From Fonticula alba ATCC 38817 (lineage: Eukaryota; Protista; Nucleariida): 40,297 nucleotides of DNA. The notes beneath the pieces were generated by a model. The model searched no databases. It was not told the DNA's origin and saw nothing but the letters and a program-made list of their open reading frames with translations. The position numbers and the translations under genes were made by a program. Each line of letters starts with the position of its first letter. Positions within the stretch are counted from its first letter, which is position 1. This document shows positions 1 through 9,861 of this stretch, in pieces. The stretch is taken from assembly GCA_000388065.2 (NCBI GenBank), contig KB932203.1. One strand, 5' to 3'.

Positions 1-118
1 GGGGGGGGGGGGGGGGGGAGTGTCAGTGGGCGACAGGCTGTCGGGCCGGGGCGGAGCAGGGCGCCGGGAAAACGGGGGCATGGACAAAGCGCCGCAACGG
101 GCACGGCCAAAGACGCAC

Positions 119-1659
119 CCTCAAAGTGCTCGGGCGTCGGGGCGCCAAGCTCATCGGCCGGCTGGCCGGCATTGGGCTCCGGCTGCGTGGGCGGGGCTGT
201 GTCGTGCGTGTGAGAAGCCGAGCCACTCGGAGAAGGCCAAACGGGGAGGGGGAGGAAGTGCATGTGTGTGTGTGCGCGCGCGCGTGGAGGGGGAAAAAAA
301 AGAGCAGCGACGCACTGGAGGCCCGCGAAGAGGCGGCCGTGCCCTGCGGCGTGGCGGCGGCTCCCTTGCCGGCGGCCGGCGAGGTGGCCTTGAGCTGCGA
401 CTGGGCCGGCTCCTCCGGGTGGGGCGTGGCCGACTCGTCGGCCGACGATGAGTCGGAGTGCTCGTCCGACTCGTCGCCCGGGCCGCCGCCCGGGGCCGGG
501 GTCGACGCGGCGCTGGTGGCCGGCGACCCGGACACCGACGCCCGATGCGAAGACCCCCCGGTCGGCAGATCGTCCTCACTCTGGGGGAAGAACTCATCAT
601 CATCGATGCTGATGATCGAGTCGTATGGGACCGAGTCGTAGGGCACGTCGTCCGGGTCCCCGCCATCCACATATTCGCTGTTGTCCACGTAGTACATGAC
701 GTCCTCGCGGATCCGGTCCACGTCCTCCGGATTCACGGTGTTGTTGTCGATTTGCCGCTGCAGGCGCTCCAGGATGTTGATGTGATATTGGTACTGGCGG
801 ATGCGCTCCAGCAGGGCCTCCTTCTGCTCGATGACCTGCCGGCCCTTCTTGGTCTGGAGGAGCTCCAAGTCGGCGTCCAGCTTCTCATTCTACGGCGGTG
901 GGCGCGAGGAGGGGAAGGGAGATGTCAGGAAAGGGGTCCCATGTGTGGGCGTGTGCGGGTGGGGAGGGGAGAGGGCGTGGGGGACGCACCTGGAAGGTCA
1001 GGCGCTCGACAGCCTCCGAGATCCACTTTATGGTGTCGTTTTTGGCCTGGGCCCGTGGGTCCACGCGTGTTGATGCCAGCCCCTCCTTGGAAAAGGCCTT
1101 GGTTTTCATCTCCTTTTCCAGGGCTTTGAAGCGTTCCATCGCCTACGCGCGAGGGAGGCAACACAAGAGGGGGGGGGGGGGGCCGGAGGAACCGAGCGAA
1201 GGAGAGAGCGCGGGAGCGAGGGCGGGAGGGTGAGCAAGAGGCCGATGGCCGACGCGGGCGGCAGCGGCCCCGTGGCAGCAGGAGCGACACGGCATGCGCA
1301 CATGTTCAATCTGGCGCCGGTGTTCCGACAGGGCCTTCTTGTCCTTGATCTCGCTGGAGGAGCCCCAGGTCTTGATCTGGTCGCGGTAGCGCTGGAGCTT
1401 CTTGATCTCGCGCTTCAGGTCGGCCTCATACTTCTCCTTGAGATTGGTGGAGGTGGAGTTGGGCTGGAGTTTGGAGTAGATGTCCTCGAAGGTGTTCAGG
1501 CCCTCGGACACCCGCTTGAAGGTCTTTTCAATCTCAGCTGCGGGTCGGCGGGGCGGGGCATGTTAGTGCGCGATCGGAGCGAGCGCCTGGCCGGCAGGGC
1601 GAGGACAGGGCGAGCGCGCGCGCTCAAATGAACGGACATTGTAGTTTCCGTTGAGCCAT
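119..1659 (-). CDS. NOT3: CCR4-NOT complex subunit Not3/CNOT3, 5' part (gene continues beyond the left edge)
   Basis: Spliced model with exons 1659-1638, 1537-1302, 1142-990, 889-316 and 196-119 (last exon less certain), all with GT-AG introns. It gives [31 protein letters not shown]...[25 protein letters not shown]...[22 protein letters not shown], the diagnostic Not3 N-terminal domain, followed by an acidic/Ser-Ala-rich linker. The NOT box is not in the window. Confidence 0.93.
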
Positions 1660-1710
1660 GACGCCTGCCGGGAGAAAAGGGGATCATGAACAGTCCACCG
1701 AGCAAACTGT

Positions 1711-2021
1711 CTGCGGTGTGGGGGGGGGGGGAGGGAAAGGGGGGAGCGCGTGCGGCGGGGCGTGTGAGATGGGGCGCTGGCGAGCGAGCGGGAGAGAGAG
1801 AGAGAGAAAGAGAGAAAGAGCGAAAGAGCGAAAGAGCGAAAGAGAGAGATTGGTGACTGTGGCGGTGGCGAGTGACGGGGGGCGGGACCTGGGGGGAAGG
1901 GGAGGAAGGGGGGCACAATGCGAAGGGGTGAGGGGGAAGGAGGGGAGGAGAGGGGGTGGGGGGAGAGAGAGAGAGAGAGTTGTTATGCTGGGGCGCCCCC
2001 GGGAACCGGGGGCGGGCGCAC
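1711..2021 (-). other. Probable 5' UTR intron of NOT3
   Basis: On the minus strand: GTGCGC donor at 2021, C/CT-rich body, CTCAC branch-like motif and poly-C then CAG acceptor at 1713-1711. Confidence 0.55.
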
Positions 2022-4365
2022 ATCGCGGCCGACTAAATATGCCACCGGGGCCAGAGCAAGGGGCGCGGACGAGAGGACGGCCCCCTCCGCATCAACGGTG
2101 GGACTTCAGCGCGTCCCCTATCCAGCTGGCCTGCAGGGACTGGGCCAACGCGGGCGCAACAACAGCCATAGCGGTTGTGTCCCTTCGCCCGGTACCCACC
2201 GGCGCTGCTCGGGGGAGGGGGGGGAGACAGTGGCAAGCCTCCGTCGGCCCTGCCCGGCGTCGAAGGCCACCCGGCCGGCCGGGAGACCGGTCTTGAGTCC
2301 CCGGCCTCCCGGGCTGGCGTTGCGCCTTTGGGAACTTGTCCCCGGGCCGGCGGCATGTGTTGGGCGAGCGTGAGGCGCGGCCACACCACGTCTCTCTCTG
2401 GCTTCTTGCCCGCTCGCTCGCTCGCTCTCTCGGCGTCTCCCCACCAGAAAAAGCAGAGGCACTTCTTCGCCCTCCCAAGCAGGGGGGATTGCCCGGGCGG
2501 CGGCTTTGGGACGGCGGCACCCCGGCGGCAGCCCGCCCGCAAAGTTGCTGCCCATTAATCGCGCGCCCGCGTCTCGCCCCCCCCCCCCCCCCTCCCGATG
2601 CCCGCCGAGCAGCACAAGCCGGGGTGCTTCTCCTTCTCCGCACTGTGTCCGGCATTCCAGCGGCGCCTCCAGGGGGGGGGGGGGATGGGGAGGGCGAGAC
2701 AGCCACGGGGGACTCACGCATCCTCCCGCCGGTCCCCCGGCAGGAACGCGTAGATAGGGGCGTTTTGCCCCGAGGGACATGCATGCCCTTGCCGCAGCCG
2801 CAGGGGCGGGTGCACACACACACACACACACACAGCATCCGGGCGTCCACCGCCTGGAGTGGCCGCACACCGGGGGCACCTTAGAGCCCGGCGCGTACGC
2901 CCTTCTTCTGGGTCTCTTCCCCCCCCCCCCCCGCACGCGGAGAGATAGGGGGTCAAAGGCTGGCCGCGCGCCGTTCCGCCGGTTTCCTCAGCGCTCGGCC
3001 GCCGAGCCGCGGCCACGGTTCCCACGCCCCACTGCCGGGCGCCCGCCCGGCAGATGCTCTTCCCCCCCCCCCTCCTGCCTCCGTCGCCGCCCAGGGCCCG
3101 AAGCTCAATAGCCGCTAGGGGGACCGGGACGGGGAACAACAGGGACGGCGACACACACACACACACACACACACATACACACGGCCGGGCGGGGAGGCGC
3201 NNNNNNNNNNNNNNNNNNNNNNNNNNNNNNNNNNNNNNNNNNNNNNNNNNNNNNNNNNNNNGCGGCGACTGGCCGCGACTACTGACGGCCGGCTCGCTAG
3301 ATTGGGGCGTCATCACGCCCGCACAAGCGCACTCATGCACAGCACTTGTACAGACAACTCTGCGCATGTCCCCCCCCCCCCGCCCGGAATGCACCGCCGG
3401 CCCCCATCCGAGACCGGCGTCCCCCCCTCCGGGCGCTGATGACCGTTCACGCCGAATCGCCGGAGGACCGAGACAGCAGGCGGGCGTATGTGCGCGCGTC
3501 CTGTGCCCCGCCCATCCCCCGAAATAGCGGACGAGTTTCACGTCGAGTGAGGGTCGAGAGCTTGGGAAAGGGGGGCGGCGGCCGGCGGCCGGCGGGGTTC
3601 TCAGCCCCCGGGCGTGATGCCTTCCCTGGTCGGCTGATCACGGTGTGATCGGGTCCCGGCGCCGACATTTGTCCCCGCCCCTCTCGAGCAGAGACAAGGC
3701 TCGGGGAATGTCCGTGCGCCGCCGCCCAGAAAAGGCGCCGGGGGGGGAGGGGGGGGGGGCGAGCCACGATCCGAAGGGCACGGACAGGTAAATGGGCCGT
3801 ACGTCCCCCATCCCCCCCCCCCCCTCCCCCCCGGCAGGCCCCGGTTTGTGGGGAGTCCAGCCGAGGAGCTGGCTCCGAGGAGGCCAAGGACACGCCCAGG
3901 GGATCCGTGGGCATGCGCGCCGGCGCAAGTGGTCGGGCCGTTTTACAGGACCACCGCCCGAGGCCTGCGCCAGGGGCAGGGCAACCAGCCGCGCATGCCC
4001 GGGCAGGCCGGTCCCACGGACACAGAGAAGACAACGCGGCGGGTTTCCCAGCTCTGTCCTTATTGTCCCATTTATATGGTCGAGCATTAATATGCCCGCG
4101 TCCCCCCCTGTTTTTTCGTCCCCAGGTCCGTCTCAGTGGAAGATCAAGGGCCGCGCTGGGGGGGGGGGGGGNNNNNNNNNNNNNNNNNNNNNNNNNNNNN
4201 NNNNNNNNNNNNNNNNNNNNNNNNNNNNNNNNNNNNNNNNNNNNNNNNNNNNNNNNNNNNNNNNNNNNNNNNNNNNNNNNNNNNNNNNNNNNNNNNNNNN
4301 NNNNNNNNNNNNNNNNNNNNNNNNNNNNNNNNNTCTGCCCCTGCCCCCTCCCCCCCTCCGCCCCC

Positions 4366-7300
4366 ATGTCCGTCGCGCTCTTCATTCTCGAGCTGGTCGT
4401 GGCGGCGGCCCTGGTCGGCCGCCTTCTTTGGTGGTATGGCCAGCGCCTGAAGACCGAGTGGTTTGTCTACCTTTTCGCCTTCATCGGCTGGTTCGCCGCC
4501 TTCTCCGTCATCGGCTCCCTGCCCGTGGATATCCTGTCTGTGCGTCCTCCCCGCGCCGGGGGCTGCCATTTTTGCTGCCCCCCTCCGTGGCTGCGCCACC
4601 TCCGCCGTGGTCGTCACCTCGCCGCTGCCATGCCCTCCGCCCGCCCCCCCCCCCCGAAGCATGATCCTCACGCTGACGCGTGCCCCTGTGCGCCGCTCCC
4701 GCCGCCATCACCTCCAACGTCTCCCCCTGCCCCGCCCCGTCCCCCGTCCCCCGTCCCCCCCCCTCACCACCACCAGGGCCGCTACCGTGAGTGCCTGGCC
4801 GAGGCCGCCCTCTCCGGGGAGCTCTGCCAGGAGCCCATCATCTACATGGATTTCGATGCCATGACCTACTACTGGCGGACCCTCTACTGGTCGGCGTTCA
4901 CATTGACCTGGTCCATCTGCCCCTTCCACCAGGCCTTTGTCAATGCCGGGGGCTTCACCTACCTGCAAAAGGCCTGGATCGCCCTGCGTACCAACCTCAT
5001 CCTCTACTCGCTCATGGGCGCCGCCGGTCTGGTCGGGCTGATCATCATCCTGTCCACGCAGAAGCTGGGCTTGTGCGTCCCCTCGCCCCCGCGCCCCGCG
5101 CCCCGCGCCCCGCGCCCCAAGCTGACACCCCCTCTCTCTCCCCCCCCCCCCTATCCTCCCCCGGCCGTTGGCCCGCAGTGCCGACCTCTTTGACTTGATC
5201 ATCGCCCTGGCCAACATCTACGGTCTGGTGATGATCGTCGGCTTCATGGGGTACGGCTTTGTTGAGCTGCCACGGACCCTTTGGCGCAACAGCAACCGCA
5301 TCCGGCGCATGCACTATTTGGAGTTCTACACCGAATCCCGCTACCAGGACTATGTCAAGGCCGAGCGCGAATTGGCCGACCTCCTGGCCACGGTCAAGGG
5401 CCTGGACCTGGCCATCGGCCCGCGCGACCCGCTCCGTCCCAAGGTTAACATCATCGTCGGAAAGGTGGGTTTTCTTCTGTCGCCCCCTTTACCCTCCTCC
5501 CCGCACGCGCGCATGGCCCCCTAACCCAGGCATGTCCAGTGCCCGATCGACTACATGGCTGTCGTCGAGTACAACACCGTCAATCCCTACGACTTTGACA
5601 TCGACTCGCTGATGGATCTCCACGGGAGCCTCCTGTGCATCAGCCAGGCGCGCGATCGCTGCCGCAAGTGCGCTCCTCATTGCCCCCGCCCCCCCCCCCC
5701 CGCCCCCCCCCCCCCCCCCCCCCTCCCTCACCTCTGGCATTTCGTCCTCGCTGACTTGTGGTCCGGTCTTTCTGCCGCCCTCTCTCTCTCTCTCCCCCCT
5801 CCTCCTCTCCTTGGCGTTGCAGCGAGTGGGAGCGCCACCTTCGTGAGGCCTTCCATCTCATGGACATCGAGCTCTGCAAGAACAGCCCAAATGGCCTCTT
5901 CACCGAGCCCTGGAAGCGCACTGACATCTCCAAGTATGCTCGGCAGAAGCAGCAGCTCAGTGCGTTCTCTCTCTCTTCCTCTCTCTTCCTCTCTCTTCCT
6001 CTCTCTTCCTCTCTCTCTCTTCCTCTCTCTCTCTCTCTCGCTCTCTCGCTCTCTCTGCTTCCCACATACACTCCCGTCTGCATTGCCCGCACGATTTGCT
6101 CCATGAGCTCCCGCCCCTCTGACGCTCCCTCCCATCACCCACAGAGTGGTACTGGTATTGCCGCGCGGAGACCATCGTCATGAAGATCATTTCCCTGGTC
6201 TTTGTCTGCCTCTCGCTGCTGGTCCTCTGGTCGGAGCTGGTCCTGCCAGTCAAGACTCCGCCTCTGTCCATCATGGAGTTGATCTTGCACTCGCCAAACA
6301 CCAGCCACGTTTTCGTGACCGTGCGTCCTCCAGCTCTCCCCNNNNNNNNNNNNNNNNNNNNNNNNNNNNNNNNNNNNNNNNNNNNNNNNNNNNNNNNNNN
6401 NNNNNNNNNNNNNNNNNNNNNNNNNNNNNNNNNNNNNNNNNNNNNNNNNNNNNNNNNNNNNNNNNNNNNNNNNNNNNNNNNNNNNNNNNNNNNNNNNNNN
6501 NNNNNNNNNNNNNNNNNNNNNNNNNNNNNNNNNNNNNNNNNNNNNNNNNNNNNNNNNNNNNNNNNNNNNNNNNNNNNNNNNNNNNNNNNNNNNNNNNNNN
6601 NNNNNNNNNNNNNNNNNNNNNNNNNNNNNNNNNNNNNNNNNNNNNNNNNNNNNNNNNNNNNNNNNNNNNNNNNNNNNNNNNNNNNNNNNNNNNNNNNNNN
6701 NNNNNNNNNNNNNNNNNNNNNNNNNNNNNNNNNNNNNNNNNNNNNNNNNNNNNCCGCCCCTGCAGCTGGCTTTGCCGCCTTTGCTTCACCTTGAGCTACA
6801 ATGTGGTTCTCCTGTTTGATGCCCAGGAGACCGCCTTCCGCGCGGTGTACGGCACCCTGGAGTTCATTCCCTTCCTTGGGATCGGGTTCAACATCTACTT
6901 CCCGATCATGATTGCCGTCGTCTGCCTGGTGGTCTTCTTCGACATCATGCCGAAGCTCTTTTCGGTCCTGCCCTTCACCAAGGTCTTTGCCTTCAGCGAG
7001 TATTCCGATGGTGATGGCGAGGACCTGGCCAAGGGCCGCGACATGCTGGAGTCCCGTGCGTGCCTTCTGCTCATCTCCTCCGCCCCCCCCCTCCTCGATG
7101 GCCAAATGTTTGTGCACATGCCACAGGCCCCTGACCGACACACCGTTCCCCCGGGCCACAGTTCGCGCCCAGGCCGAGCGGGCCCCGAACGCCGAGTTGC
7201 ACACCCTCAAGCCGGCCAACATCGCTGATGCCCCGGCCGCTCCCCGGTCCCAGCGGACCAACAAGGTACATCCGCTCCTTTCCTCTCTCTCTCTCTCTCT

Positions 7301-8079
7301 CGCTCTCTCTCGCTCTCCCCCTCCCTCTTCCTCTGGCTATGCGTCCTCCCTTCCTGGCCTTCGGCTTCTGACCACCGATGCGATGCTCACCGTTGTCACC
7401 TCCTCTCCCGCCTCGCCGGGCGTTCCTCCCCGGTGCAGCTCGTCAACGAGCTCTTTGGCGGCACCGCGCGCAACACCTCGGCCGAGGTCACCCAGAGCGC
7501 CCTCACCCGGCAGGCCATGCAGGAGAAGTACTTCTCCAAGGGCCGGACCCCGGGCACCCCCTCGCCCTCATCCTCCTCCTCCGGCAGCAGCGCCATGCAG
7601 TCGTACCAGGCCCTGGAGGGCGGCCCCGAGGGCGACGGGCTGGCCCCGGCTCCGGCCTCCGGTGGCGGGTTCTTCCAGCGCTTTGTTTCCGGCTGGGGGG
7701 GAAGCGCCACGACTGTGCCGGCGCCTGTGGGCTCGGCCGGCGCCGATCTGGAGGCCGCCACTTCCGAGCCGGTTCTCTCGTCGCTCAATCGCTCCGACCT
7801 CGGGTACGGGCGCCATCCGTCACAGGCCGGCCCCCCGCGCGAGGTCAACACCAGCTCCTACAACGACGTGCGTGCCCCTTCGGCGCTCTTTCCCCCTGTA
7901 CCATGCGTTTGCGACCCCCCCCCCCCCCCCCCCCTGGCCAGTTTTTCTCCATGGACGCCAGCGAGCATGACGCCTTCACCAGCGCCCCAAGCCAGTCGTC
8001 CCGCGGACGGGTCTTCGGCACCGGGTCTACCACCTCCCCGTCCACCTTCACCTTCGACGGGACCACCAACTTCCGGTGA
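4366..8079 (+). CDS. LMBRD2: LMBR1-like multi-pass membrane protein (LMBRD2-like)
   Basis: Exons 4366-4539, 4777-5072, 5179-5464, 5540-5667, 5823-5959, 6145-6320, [gap 6342-6753 hides exon(s)], 6766-7055, 7162-7265, 7439-7867, 7942-8079. Motifs LPVDI, YWRTLYWSAFTLTW, LANIYGL...GYGFVELPRTLW, WYWYC, LWSELV, LCRLCFTLSYN and GFNIYFP match the LMBR1 family. There are multiple hydrophobic TM segments and a low-complexity C-terminal tail. Confidence 0.88.
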
Positions 8080-8910
8080 GCAGCCCGGTCCTTGTCCTCC
8101 TTCTGTGCCTCTCCTCCCCTGCCACGAGCCCCGGGGGCACTGGAGACCCATGCGAAAGGGACCGCGCATCTCCCCGACACATCTCTCTCCCCTCCTCTTC
8201 CCCACACGCACGCACGCACACACGCACGCACGCGCAATATACCTTCTTAGATACCGCCCTCCCTCTCCGTTGTGTGCCCGTATTTGGCCCCGCTGAGCAC
8301 CGGGCGCTAGATCGGACCGATCGATCGCGCGGATCACATGATCATCTTCTGACGTCGGGTCATTGTTTTCGGCTCCTCCCGGCCAGCGGTGCCGGAGGCG
8401 GCCCCAGACACGGTGGGCCCCCCCTCTCTTTGTTGTTGGCGAGCCAGCGAAGGGGGGGGGGGCGGGGGGCGACTGGGCGCATCGCACTGCCTCGGGGGCG
8501 GAGCACCTTCTTGGCGGCCCGACGCGCCGGGGGCTTCCCCGACCACTGGTGGATGTGTGTGGGTGTGTGGGTGTGTGGGTGTAAATGCGAGTGCTTGTGC
8601 GCACTCTCTTGAATTCCCCCCCCCCCCCCCCCGGCCCCCTGTGCTGGCGGGGCCGGGCAAGTGGGGAGTGTTTTTTTTGGGCCGCCCATGGGCCGGGAGC
8701 GCCCTCCCCCCCTTGCGCGCGTGACACTCCACACCTACCTTCCTTCCTCCCCTCTCTCTTCCCCCCCCCCTCCTTCCCTCTTTCTTTGTCTACCTCCCGC
8801 CGCGCTTCTCCTGCTCGGCCTCCCCCTTTCCCCACCCTCCCTCTTCCCTCTCCCCGCTCTTTTAACCGTACGCGGTCGGCCATCGTGCGCACGCACCCGG
8901 CGCCCCGCTA

Positions 8911-9812
8911 ATGGCTACGCCACTTCGGGCCGATACGGTTCCCAGTGGGGAGGACCCCCTCTCGGCCCCGGCCCCGGCCCCAGCCCCAGCCCCGGCCCCG
9001 GCCCCGGCCACGGTGTCGGAGCCGATGCCAGACCCCGCGAGCCCAGCCAGCCCGGCGGCCGGCGAGCCGGCTGAGGACCCGGAGGACGCGTATTCCCGGA
9101 TCTTCGAGCGGCGTCGGCAGCAACGGGCCCGTGAGGCAGCTCCTCCAGGGCCCTCCGGCGAGCCGGCCGGTCCGGCCATGCAGGATGCTTCTGTTGAGCC
9201 GGCGGCCGGGGCCACCGAGTCCCTGGCGTCTACCGTTGCCTCGGTAACGCCGGCCGTCCTGGCCAGTGTGCCGACCTTCCTGTCTTCGCTGTCGTCGTTT
9301 GTTCGGCCGGCAGCTGGCGGACCGGCCGACAACCAGGCCAAGCAGGCGTCGGCTACCACCACCACCACCGCCGCCGCCGCCGCCGCCGTTGCCGCCGGCG
9401 GGGCTGTCACTGCAAATGCTCCTTCGCCGGCCACGCCGGCCACGCCGGCCACCGGGCCACGGCCGGCGCCCGGCGAGGGCCCGCCTCTGGCGGAGCAGCT
9501 CCGCAAAACGCAGGACGAGCTCCAGCGCCGGTGCACCCAGATCACTCGACTGGTGGCCGAGCTCAAGCGGCAAATGTCCCACCGGGACGCCTTGACCGAG
9601 ACCTTCCGGCAGTTCACCCCCTTCGACGATTTGACCGATGTCCCGGCCATTGGCCAGTTCTTCGAGATGCAAGCGGCCAGCCTAGAGGTGCGCTGCTGGG
9701 CGGGTCTCCGTGCCGGCTCCCCGCATTCTCTCCCTCTCTCGCCTTTCCCTTTTCTGCCACACTTTCCCCTGCTCACCCCCCTCTTCCCGGCTGCCCCCCT
9801 CGCCCCTCCCCG

Positions 9813-9861
<49 letters not shown>

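Noticed and set aside
620-660. Short duplicated peptide [10 protein letters not shown] in the NOT3 linker
   Set aside because: A two-copy micro-duplication in an acidic disordered region, with no evidence of function.
4022-4031. ACAGAGAAGA, identical to the U6 snRNA ACAGAGA box region
   Set aside because: The flanks lack the U6 continuation (TTAGCATGG, AGC triad/ISL) and the upstream conserved sequence; a 10-mer coincidence.
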